Positions 24,435-33,404 of a stretch of DNA of 64,000 nucleotides are shown piece by piece. The position numbers and the translations under genes are program-made. The notes below the pieces were generated by a model. The model did not search any database and was not told the origin of the DNA. It worked only from the letters and a program-made list of their open reading frames with translations. Position 1 is the stretch's first letter, and every line of letters begins with the position of its first letter. Source of the DNA: Diplonema japonicum (lineage: Eukaryota; Protista; Euglenozoa: Diplonemea); the NCBI GenBank assembly GCA_964019335.1, contig OZ025710.1, forward strand, positions 440,299 to 504,298. Direction: 5' to 3'.

Positions 24435-24960
24435 ATTTATTGCCAACAAATAATGAGTCATTATTTAACTCGAGTTCCCGAATTTTTTGCACGAGGGCCC
24501 GCAGGGCCCGAGTGCAAAAAAACGGTAACGAGAGTTAAATAATGGCTCATTTGGCGGCAAGTAAGTCGTTTTATTTCACTCTTCGTCATTTGAGTCACTC
24601 ACTCTTCACTGCTTTCACTGCTGTTTTTTTTCACGCAGGTCAGCTTTTTGGGGATTTTCCTAAGGTAATACAGGGTAGCTGTTTCGCCGTGGCATTTAAA
24701 GGGGAAGTAAAGCACTTATTCCCACTTTTAAGGGCTGGAATGGCCTCAGATGGCCAAAAATAGTCAAAATACCCCCACCCCAAAAAAAATTTTTCAAGGG
24801 GTTGGGTGCATTTTTTTCTACGACAAGACCCATTTTTTCACTCTGAAGGGCCATTATTTAACTGCAAAATCTCATTATTTAACCAGTTAAATAATGGCCA
24901 TTTCGCGTTAAATAATGAGGCCCCTAGTGAGTGAAGAAAATGACGAAGAGTGAAATAAAA
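24435..24960. mobile_element. Full-length palindromic non-autonomous element (Crypton-like family), solo copy
   Basis: A ~120-nt hairpin (24440-24560) centred on GGGCCC-GCA-GGGCCC, followed by the same ~400 bp found in each array spacer, ending GAAGAGTGAAATAAAA. Confidence 0.75.
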
Positions 24961-25146
24961 AAAAAAAACACACACACACAGAAGCAGTCATCGAAGAGAA
25001 GCAAGAGAGACAAACGAGGCAAGGAGTCCGCCTCACCGACACCGAAATAATGACGTGCCCAATTGTAGCACTTGCTTTTAAAAGTGTATTTGGCATTCTT
25101 GTTCTTCATAAGCAAGTACTCAAGGTGAATTAAAAAAGATAAGAAA

Positions 25147-27157
25147 ATGAGCCACGAAGAAGAAACCCCCATTAAGGGCAAGGAGGAGCTCCTCCAGACT
25201 CACTTGAGCGAGCTGACCAAGAAGTACTCCCTGAAGCCGCGTCTGGACTACAAGACAATCAAGGCCGTGAACGGTCCCCTGGTCATCTTGGAGGATGTGA
25301 AGAACCCGAAGTTCGCTGAGATCGTGAACATTGAGCTCGCAGACGGTGAGAAGAGGAGGGGACAGGTACTTGAGATCGACGGAACGAGGGCCGTTGTGCA
25401 GGTGTTCGAAGGCACATCTGGGATTGACGCCAAGAAGAGTCACTGTGAGTTCACAGGGAAGATTCTGGAGTTCGGTGTTGCTGAGGACATGCTTGGTCGT
25501 ATTTTCAACGGGTCCGGGAAGCCCATTGACAACGGTGGTGACGTGATCGCCGAGCAGTACCGTGACATCTCTGGTATCCCTATCAACCCCCAGTCCAGGG
25601 AGTACCCCAAGCAGATGATTCAGACTGGTATCTCGTCCATCGACGTCATGATGTCCATCGCCAGAGGACAGAAGATTCCTCTCTTCTCCGGTGCGGGTCT
25701 TCCCCACAACGAGATTGCCGCCCAGATTGTGCGTCAGGCCGGTCTTGTGAAGCAGCCTGGCCAGGAGCAGTCCACCGAGGAGTTTTGCGTTGTTTTCGCT
25801 GCCATGGGTGTCAACCAGGAAACTGCGCGTTTCTTCAAGGAGGAGTTCGAGCACAATGGTGCCTTGTCGAAGGCAGTTGTGTTCTTGAACCTTGCAAACG
25901 ACCCCACCATCGAGCGTATCATCACCCCTAGGTTGGCCCTCACCACTGCTGAGTACCTCGCCTATGACTGCGGTCTCCACGTCTTGGTCATCCTGACTGA
26001 CATGTCTTCGTACGCCGACGCCCTTCGTGAGGTGTCTGCTGCCCGTGAGGAAGTTCCCGGGCGTCGTGGTTACCCCGGTTACATGTACACCGATCTTGCC
26101 TGCATCTACGAGCGCGCTGGGCGTGTGAACGGTAGGTCTGGGAGTATCACTCAGTTCCCTATCTTGACCATGCCTAACGACGACATTACCCATCCTATCC
26201 CTGACTTGACGGGATACATCACCGAAGGGCAGATCTACGTCGACAGGCAGCTGAACAATAAGGGTATCTACCCCCCCGTTAACATCCTGCCGAGTCTGTC
26301 CCGTTTGATGAAGAACGCCATTGGCAAAGACGACGAGACGGGTGAGATGATGACCAGGGAAGACCACAGTGGTGTCTGCAACCAGATGTACGCCGCCTAC
26401 GCCATGGCGAAGGACGCGCAGGCCATGAAGGCTGTTGTCGGTGAGGAGGCTCTTAACGAGGAGGACAAAAGGTTCCTTGAGTTCCTTGGCAAGTTCGAGG
26501 AACAATTCCTCCGACAGGTGTGTGAGAACAATCCATCTCAAACTTTGACAACAGGACTACAACGAGGACAGGAACATCTTCGACTCACTTGACCTTTGCT
26601 GGGAGTTGCTCAGAATTTTCCCCAAGGTATGTAACAAAAACCTCCACCTGATTATGCGTCCAGCAAAAAGATCCCGTGAGCTGCAAAATCTCGTATCCTC
26701 GGTAGTATAGAGGTCAGTATATCCGCCTGTCACGCGGATGACCCGGGTTCAATTCCCGGCCGGGGAATTTTTTACTCCCCGATATTAACATTTATTGACT
26801 GTTTATTGTTGATGTGAAAAAATTCCCCGGCCGGGAATTGAACCCGGGTCATCCGCGTGACAGGCGGATATACTGACCTCTATACTACCGAGGATACGGG
26901 ATTTTGCCTCTCACAGTCTTTTTGCGGGATGACCACTGAGTTGGACTGGCCCTTGCCTGGGCCAACAGGAAAAGGCTTGCAACTCGCTGTGTTTTGTGTC
27001 ACCTTTTCACGCTTGGGGTGCACGCATTTCATACTCCACCCAGGAGAGTAACAATTCAAGTGGAGATGGGTAATAATAATAACAATCACAGCTGTCGCTT
27101 GACAAGATCAGTCCCAAGCTTGTGGCACAGTTCTACGAGCGCAGGAGCCGCAAGTAG
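25147..27157 (+). CDS. ATP6V1B: V-type H+-ATPase subunit B, 502 aa; exons 25147-26517, 26555-26626, 27092-27157
   Basis: Diagnostic motifs [43 protein letters not shown] and [21 protein letters not shown]. Two GT-AG introns restore the C-terminus ...FLRQ|[24 protein letters not shown]|[21 protein letters not shown]. Confidence 0.95.
26696..26767 (+). tRNA. tRNA-Asp(GTC), intronic, sense copy
   Basis: TCCTCGG/CCGGGGA acceptor stem, CT-GTC-AC loop, GGTTCAATTCC, oligo-T downstream. Confidence 0.93.
26823..26894 (-). tRNA. tRNA-Asp(GTC), intronic, antisense copy
   Basis: Exact reverse complement of 26696-26767, with its own oligo-T terminator. Confidence 0.93.
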
Positions 27158-27633
27158 AATCATGAGCTGACACACCTTTTTCGTTTTTTATTTTTCTCTT
27201 CGTGTTTCGCTCAAATGTATCCACGACCTTCTCGTATTTTTCCCGTTCCCTCCCTCCCTTTTCTTCTTTTTCTTCTTCTTTCTTTTGGCGTCCTTTCCTA
27301 TTGTGCAATTGTTTACCTTGAAGCACGCGTGCGGGAAAAAAAGAACACACTACGAGAAGAGAAGAAGAATTGAGGTACTGGTACCGGTTTTTATTTCTTT
27401 TTTTCTTTTCTTCTTTTTCCTTTAAACATCGGGTCAAATAAAGTGTGGAATCCCTCCCCCAAGAGACCTCGTCCATTTCTCACCCTCCAAACTCCGTTAT
27501 ATTTTTCTTTCCCCCCTGCACCTCCCCCCCCTTTTTTTTAGCGTTTCTTTTCTTTTTTATATATTACTTTCAGATTGATCGCAAGGAACACCGCAAAATA
27601 GGGAAGAAGGAAGGGGAAGAAAAGCAAGAGCAA

Positions 27634-28980
27634 ATGCGTTGGTACCCGAAAGTAGAAGTTCAACACATAAAGGGCACGGATCATGGTGAAAAAACGAAGC
27701 AATACATCATCCCGTTTTTGAAGTACGAGGGTGATGGCCTGTGGAAGGTGCTGTGGACAGACGGGAACGGGGTGGTGTGGGAGGGGTGGGAAAATATCAC
27801 GGAAGTGAAAACAGACATGAAGGCGGAAGCAGGCGACGAAATCGAGTTTTGGTGGATAGACTTCGATGATGCCCAAGGTAACACTATCTGCGTGAAGAAA
27901 TACTACACGAAGGATGGAATAGAATCTCGGTCTAGGGATACAAGACACAACAACTTGAATTATGCCACCCCTTCGACATCAAACCTCCGCATGGCTGTGG
28001 ATGGACTGAAATCTACACCGCAATCCCTCAAGGGTACTACAAACTTACTATGTAACCTTCTCCTCTGGAAAAGAGCGAACCATTGGGCGTCCTTTACTCC
28101 TGAAGAATTTGAACTCCTTTACGCATACTACACCCACGTCACAGGTTCACCCTCGGGGGTCTTCTACAGTACACAAGCAGCGTCGATACTAACCACAGCA
28201 TCTCTTATAACGCATTGCACTGACCACTCCTTGTTGTCTAAAAAGCAGCGAATAAGGCTAGTCACGGTAGGGTTTGATTGTTTGTCGCACCCCGCCTCGT
28301 ATAAGGAGCACTCCCGCGATGTGTACACTGTGTCGTCTTGTAAGAAATGTGGGTTCACGTCCCCCGCAGTGCAAATCTTTCGCAATACGCTTCTGTGCGC
28401 ACACCATCACCGCATGAGTGCCGAAACTGACGGGTGGGACACCAACTCATGGAGTTCAGAGGAAAAGGTCGTAGAACAAGAATACAGAACAGAGTCGAAG
28501 ACAGCCGAGCAGAAAGATTATGATCCATGGGTTCTTGAGGATGAGGAGAGAACTGGAAGCGAATTAAAACAGTCGAGGCAGCCGAAATATGAGAAAGAAG
28601 AAGAAGAACCCATTGTACCCCCCACCAGGCCTGTTCTTGTCCCGCTCCGAATCGAGGTACCTGAAGACGTTACCAAACCCCCAGTAGATATAAGGAAAGC
28701 AATGCAGACATTAAGGAAAAAGGAAAAATACGCTGTGGGCAGTGGGCATGTTTGCAAGACTGCAAGAGAGTGGGCAGAAGAAGTGGAAAAGCTGAAGGAG
28801 AAGAAGCGTGTCCCATCCGATTTGGAGATCGAGGGGGATGAGCTGGCGTTCCTAGAAGAGCTGCCGACGGTTAATACTGGCATGTACAGAACGAGTCCCG
28901 ATGGGAACCGATACGTAAAAAGAGCATTCATGCTTCGTTACGGAAGCACGAGGCAATGGGAGAACGCACACAGAGTGTGA
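27634..28980 (+). CDS. Hypothetical ~448-aa protein with a short C-terminal R-x2-PDG-x2-Y-x4-F-x3-YG-x4-W module
   Basis: Long ORF of normal complexity from the ATG at 27634 (MRWYPKVEV). The upstream in-frame part is a low-complexity pyrimidine tract. Confidence 0.7.
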   Translation: MRWYPKVEVQHIKGTDHGEKTKQYIIPFLKYEGDGLWKVLWTDGNGVVWEGWENITEVKTDMKAEAGDEIEFWWIDFDDAQGNTICVKKYYTKDGIESRSRDTRHNNLNYATPSTSNLRMAVDGLKSTPQSLKGTTNLLCNLLLWKRANHWASFTPEEFELLYAYYTHVTGSPSGVFYSTQAASILTTASLITHCTDHSLLSKKQRIRLVTVGFDCLSHPASYKEHSRDVYTVSSCKKCGFTSPAVQIFRNTLLCAHHHRMSAETDGWDTNSWSSEEKVVEQEYRTESKTAEQKDYDPWVLEDEERTGSELKQSRQPKYEKEEEEPIVPPTRPVLVPLRIEVPEDVTKPPVDIRKAMQTLRKKEKYAVGSGHVCKTAREWAEEVEKLKEKKRVPSDLEIEGDELAFLEELPTVNTGMYRTSPDGNRYVKRAFMLRYGSTRQWENAHRV

Positions 28981-29500
28981 GGTGCGTGAGAACCACCATT
29001 TCTATCTATCTCCTGTTGGCCCTACTGGCCCATCCCTCAACCTTTTCACACCTTCGGATGTGGATTTGGGATCAATGTTTGTGGACCCAGGCATTATCTT
29101 CACACCTCTCTTGCCTTACCTTGTACTCCTGTCCTTGGAAAAAAGTGGGAGTTGAAGAAATTACAGAAGAACGAAACAAAGAAGAAGAACCCCCCCCCCT
29201 CCGCCCAAAGACACACAACTAAGTACAGCACTAAATGGCGGCTGTATAAAACAACCCCCTACCTCTCGAGGGCGATAAGACCAGCTCGTCAACAGAGATA
29301 TTTCTTTTTCTTTTTTTTAAAATATTGTTTTCCCAGCAATACAGGGATCAACCACGCGTGGCTAGCTATTTGTGATTTGATTATTACCCCCCCTGTTTTT
29401 TTCTCTTTTCTTCATCAGGAATCTGTGGCTAAGGCAATCTGATGAAGTTTCGCCACGATAAGGGTAAGCTTAGTTTGCACACCCACCCATCCGCTAAAAA

Positions 29501-29657
29501 AAAAAAGAGTCGGCTGATTGTTTGTGCAAGCCGTTTTCACCTACAGTAGGGATAAACGGACAAGCTGCCTCTACTCTTTTTTGCAATAACAATTCTTTTC
29601 AAAAATTTGTTTACTTGTTCCAGCAAAAAAGAGTCGGCTGATTGTTTGTGCAAGCCG
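29501..29657 (-). repeat. 3' split direct repeat block B1-A2-B2
   Basis: AAAAAAGAGTCGGCTGATTGTTTGTGCAAGCCG occurs at 29501-29533 and 29625-29657. 29518-29630 is identical to 33405-33517. Confidence 0.92.
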
Positions 29658-29730
29658 GACCCCCCATATAGAGGAGGGTTAAGCGCCCAGGAATACCATG
29701 GGGCACCGGCCTCTACGTTTTCTTGGTGAA

Positions 29731-31287
29731 CTAGCTGTTCACCCACCTGCGCTGCCAAGCCAGCCTAGTGTAGGCGTCGGCGGGGTTGTCCTTCGATGGG
29801 ACGTATCTCAGCTGGAGAGTACAATCCCGTTCCTGCAGTACGGATTGCAACCTCGCGATCCAACCCATCGTCCCTTCGTCCAGCGCGTATCCCCTTGCCA
29901 CAGCCCCGATAACGGCCTTGTTGTCGCAGCCGCCCACAATGGCCAGACCGCCGCCTGCCCCCGACACGAGCTCCACGAGGCGTAACACCGCCACCAGCTC
30001 TTTCTCGAAGATCGGAATGTCCTTCCAATCCCGCGGAAACACGCCGCATGCGTAGCGGTCCTCGCCCACGGTGACACCCCATCCCAGCATGCTCGCGTCC
30101 GAGAAGGCCTCCACCGGCTGTCTCGAGCGACGGTCCCAGACACACCACAAATTTTGGGCCAACTGTTCCGTCTCACCAGCCAGGCAAGTCCGTGTGTCCT
30201 CGTCCAAGGTAACCTCCGTCTCCCAAAAACTCTTCCGGCGCATGCTCTGACCCCTTGAAGTGCGGGACATCCAGCGAAGAATCGGTACCACCCCCACGAA
30301 GGGCCTCAGCGTAGCATGCCGTCTCCAAAGCAGGACGCCGGCGAGCCTCCACCACAGTCTAACCGGTGCCTCCCGAGCGCGCAAGAGTGTAGAAGCGGGC
30401 CCGGCCACCTTCTGCACCCATCTTGTACTCATTCGCCATCGCTTCTCCCCGAGATCGATCTCCAAACCGAGCGTCTCCATCTTGGAGCACGGCTCCACCC
30501 GGTCGCCAATCACCACGCGAAACTCCGTGCACAGCGACTCGAATCTGGCACAGACCTGTTGCAGGGCGGCAAGCGTAGCAGCTCCAAACAAGTTGTTGTC
30601 TATCCATGCGTGATGACGAGCAGGAACGTCCTCCGTCGCTGCAGCACCCAAAGCTAAGCATACCCGTTGAGCACCCTGCGGAGCCGCCCGATACCCCATG
30701 GGTAGCCTCGTCAGCCTGAAGTAGGAAGGCATGTCGTCCCCCGCGCCTCGGATTCGGAAGGAAAAGAACGGCCTAACCGCCTCCGGTAAACCGAACTGGA
30801 AGAAAAAGGAGCGGAAATCGTACTCTGCGCAGTACTCGCAGCTCATTAGATCGGCGATGATGTCCCGGTATGCGGGCAGGTTGCAGCTGGGCAGAGGCAC
30901 GTCCAAAGTAGCGTTGTTGAAGTCCGTGCAGGCAAGGATAAAGCGCAGCCTCGAGGGATCCTTCTTCGGGACAGTGAACGCGGAGTGATACCACGGGGCG
31001 GAGGACCTCGTTGACGGCTCGGTCAAACCCATCATCCAGAGGGAACGTGCGTGGGGTCGTAGCTTTTCGTTAGGGGGACCCGGAGACTTCCTAAAGGACT
31101 GCTTCACCACGCTTCTAAGGAAATGGACGTCCGTCCACCATCGTAGAGAACCCTCCAGCCTAGGGAACCTGAGCAACAAGCCATCCGTGTCGATCGTGGA
31201 GGTGGGTATTCTGTCGACCTCACCGATGTACGCCGCCTTCGGCAGCCACACTCGAACCCAGCTCCAGCCACGACTCCACATAATCAT
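29731..31287 (-). CDS. Reverse transcriptase + RNase H of the YR retrotransposon
   Basis: RT: FTVPKKD..RLRFILAC, YDFRSFFFQF, RLPMGYRAAP, WIDN at the YxDD position. RNase H: FSDAS..GWG, IFEKELVAV, CDNKAV, YVPSKDNPADAYTR. Confidence 0.93.
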   Translation of the reverse strand: MIMWSRGWSWVRVWLPKAAYIGEVDRIPTSTIDTDGLLLRFPRLEGSLRWWTDVHFLRSVVKQSFRKSPGPPNEKLRPHARSLWMMGLTEPSTRSSAPWYHSAFTVPKKDPSRLRFILACTDFNNATLDVPLPSCNLPAYRDIIADLMSCEYCAEYDFRSFFFQFGLPEAVRPFFSFRIRGAGDDMPSYFRLTRLPMGYRAAPQGAQRVCLALGAAATEDVPARHHAWIDNNLFGAATLAALQQVCARFESLCTEFRVVIGDRVEPCSKMETLGLEIDLGEKRWRMSTRWVQKVAGPASTLLRAREAPVRLWWRLAGVLLWRRHATLRPFVGVVPILRWMSRTSRGQSMRRKSFWETEVTLDEDTRTCLAGETEQLAQNLWCVWDRRSRQPVEAFSDASMLGWGVTVGEDRYACGVFPRDWKDIPIFEKELVAVLRLVELVSGAGGGLAIVGGCDNKAVIGAVARGYALDEGTMGWIARLQSVLQERDCTLQLRYVPSKDNPADAYTRLAWQRRWVNS

Positions 31288-32374
31288 AGGTTCTGAACAC
31301 GTCCGTCAAACTGACCGGCCAACGCGGCACCGCCGGCTGAGACCTCACTGCAGGCTGGCGCCTCCCGCCCGTGTCTCCGCCGACGCCTGCCACGTCTCGG
31401 GAGGTATATATAACCTCGTTGTAGACGCCTCTGCGTGTCGAGCCATGCTCTGGGCCGTTCCTTCCCCCAGACGTCGCGCCACGTGAGTCAACGCCGCATG
31501 TCTTATGTCGTGAGCCGTGACGTTTAAGCTCTTCATCAGGAAACGGTTGTACGCTACGCGGGATATCGTTGGGAAGACCCTTCGGTCCGGTGTAGCCGAC
31601 CGCATCCTTCCTTCGATCCACCGCTTCGCAGACCCAAATAGGTTTCCGTCCGACGGGACCACGACCCCCTGACCCTTCCCTTGTCGGTCGGTCTTCCCGC
31701 CAACCAGCATGATCAAGGTCTCCCCGGGGCGGGGGAACACGTGCCCTATTAGAAGACGTTCTACGTCCACGAACCGACCGGCCGTGCTCCATTGCAAGGA
31801 CAGGGCAGCCGTCAACATGTCCTGCGGGGACGAGATCACACTGAGCACCTGCTCCCGTGACACCAGAATCCTCTGGCTTTCTAGGCGATGGTTGAAAACC
31901 TCCAGTCTCCCTTGGAGGGAACGACGATAGGCTGCCGTCGGGCCGACCTGACCCATCCGCCAGTAAGTCATGTACTGTAGTGCGGAGGAAGCGGAAATCT
32001 GCCCCGCACTGCGTTTCCTTTCTATCCATAGCAGGAAGGCCTCCTCCTCCGATATCGTCGGATGCCATCTGCGTACCTGCTCCGCGAATTGCCGACCCCT
32101 GCGAAGGACCGAGACCACCGAGTCTTGAGATTTGTAGCAAGTCCCCATGAACTCTTGCGTTTGCAGTAGTAGGGGTCCCACTTCCTCCTTCGCGATCGAA
32201 TAGTCGTTTAACCGCGGCCGACCCTTCGGAGTCGCAGAGGGAGTGAGAAACGTTTTTGATAAATGAAAAAGAGGAGCGAGCGGGGGGAGGGAACCGTTGA
32301 CGGGAGCTAGAGAAGTACTGTTCTGATTGGTACGAGTTAGGGATGGTGGATGAGTCAGCTGTCAATGCCTCGCC
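31220..32374 (-). CDS. Long overlapping ORF (>=381 codons) in the -1 frame relative to gag/YR; candidate N-terminal part of Pol
   Basis: Stop-free across the whole YR gene, entered by -1 slippage at A AAA AAG (32380-32374), and overlaps the RT ORF start. No recognisable motif. Confidence 0.4.
   Translation of the reverse strand, partial: GEALTADSSTIPNSYQSEQYFSSSRQRFPPPARSSFSFIKNVSHSLCDSEGSAAVKRLFDREGGSGTPTTANARVHGDLLQISRLGGLGPSQGSAIRGAGTQMASDDIGGGGLPAMDRKETQCGADFRFLRTTVHDLLADGSGRPDGSLSSFPPRETGGFQPSPRKPEDSGVTGAGAQCDLVPAGHVDGCPVLAMEHGRSVRGRRTSSNRARVPPPRGDLDHAGWREDRPTREGSGGRGPVGRKPIWVCEAVDRRKDAVGYTGPKGLPNDIPRSVQPFPDEELKRHGSRHKTCGVDSRGATSGGRNGPEHGSTRRGVYNEVIYTSRDVAGVGGDTGGRRQPAVRSQPAVPRWPVSLTDVFRTYDYVESWLELGSSVAAEGGVHR
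31345..32361 (-). CDS. Tyrosine recombinase of the retrotransposon
   Basis: Catalytic R-K-H-R-H-Y set: STAGRFVDV, GGKTD, TAHDIRH, MARHAEASTTRLY. The frame is open back to the gag TGA (32364-32362). First in-frame ATG is at 32148. Confidence 0.92.
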   Translation of the reverse strand, partial: QLTHPPSLTRTNQNSTSLAPVNGSLPPLAPLFHLSKTFLTPSATPKGRPRLNDYSIAKEEVGPLLLQTQEFMGTCYKSQDSVVSVLRRGRQFAEQVRRWHPTISEEEAFLLWIERKRSAGQISASSALQYMTYWRMGQVGPTAAYRRSLQGRLEVFNHRLESQRILVSREQVLSVISSPQDMLTAALSLQWSTAGRFVDVERLLIGHVFPRPGETLIMLVGGKTDRQGKGQGVVVPSDGNLFGSAKRWIEGRMRSATPDRRVFPTISRVAYNRFLMKSLNVTAHDIRHAALTHVARRLGEGTAQSMARHAEASTTRLYIPPETWQASAETRAGGASLQ

Positions 32375-33400
32375 TTTTTTGGACCCCCACCGTTGAAGTA
32401 ATTCGGTCTCTTTGAGGGTTCTGACCTAAGAGGTTCCGACTTTACCGCCGCCGCCAGCCGAGCCGCGGCGCTGATGACATTGCCATCAACCTTCGTCCAT
32501 TCCAATCCTTCCAGCCTTTCCTCGTACACCAAGGCCCTTTCCATGCCGGATTGGCGATCCGGAGCCTTGGCCCTGATACGGCAACACTCCAGCTGGACCA
32601 TGAGATCGTGCGCCAGCGGAAACAGGGCCTCCCCTACCGTAGAGCGGGAAGATATGCGTCAGGTACCGGAACAACCTACGAACATCGTGTTCGTGTCCAC
32701 GCGCAGTGTCCCGGGCGTCCTCCGGGATCGGTCCGTAGCGAGTCCGGATGTTTCCAAGGAGCTGACGTCTGAGATGGGCGTGCGTGACGTGTCCGACCCA
32801 GGACGTCACTCTTCTGGTGTCCACCGAATACGGAAGTTCGTCTGGCACCAGTCCTGCTTGGCCCCCTTCCAGGCCTGCGTGGCCTCCTCCTAGGCCTGCT
32901 TGGCCCCCTCCCAGGCCTGCGTGGCCTCCTCCCAGGCCTGCTTGGCCCCCTCCTAGACCTGCTTGGCCTTCTCCTCGACCTGCGGGGTCGGTGGATCCCT
33001 CCTGGTCTGCGAGGCCCAGACTCTTGAGCCCCCCCGGGCTGCTCAAGAATGCCCTGAAGGCGCCCATCAGCCCCTCCGTCAGGACGGGGGCCTGTTTCTC
33101 CTCCCTAGCGGGGGAGCCCAGCAGCACCAGAGGTTCGCCCTCCTTCTGGACCGCCCATAGACACCGGGGGCAGAGCCAACCCCTGGAGCCCAGGTCCTTT
33201 AGAAGGTGGGTTCCATCCCTTTTGTGGACCTGCCTGAGGCAGGCTTCGTTGCCCAGGCAACCACATCTGGGGCAATGGAACCCCGTTTTGTGCTCCCGGT
33301 CGCAGCCGGCAGCACAGTCCGGGTCCGCCGGCGCCGTGGGGGCCCCCTCCGGGTATAGCATAACCGACAACTCCGACGGGTCGATGTCTGCGCAAGCCAT
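32362..33400 (-). CDS. Gag-like ORF1 with N-terminal PHD-like finger; apparently split by a frameshift near 32640-32655
   Basis: ATG at 33400 (MACADID). Cys pattern C-x3-C-x9-C-x2-C-x4-N-x2-C...W-x-C-x2-C, then GLGGGQA repeats. A protein-like continuation STVGEALFPLAHDLMVQLECC...KKARH* lies in the next frame. Confidence 0.7.
32849..32975 (-). repeat. 21-bp coding minisatellite (GLGGG[Q/H]A) x about 6 in ORF1
   Basis: Repeated CCTGC(T/G)TGGCC(C/T)CCTCC(C/T)AGG units on the + strand. Confidence 0.85.
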
Positions 33401-33404
33401 ATTT

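Noticed and set aside
25120-26541. 473-aa antisense ORF over V-ATPase B, and similar ones at 38746-39684, 42009-43229 and 62433-63323
   Set aside because: Antisense shadows of codon-biased real genes with no motifs.
26627-26705. Proximal acceptor CAG at 26663 giving a 37-nt intron and the C-terminus [13 protein letters not shown] ending in the tRNA
   Set aside because: The distal exon [17 protein letters not shown] fits the conserved subunit B C-terminus much better. Minor alternative use cannot be excluded without RNA-seq.
26895-27070. Possible snRNA, 7SL or snoRNA divergent from the tRNA, as in kinetoplastids
   Set aside because: Only small hairpins. I could not find U6 ACAGAGA, an Sm site, or convincing C/D or H/ACA boxes. 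An Infernal/Rfam scan would decide.
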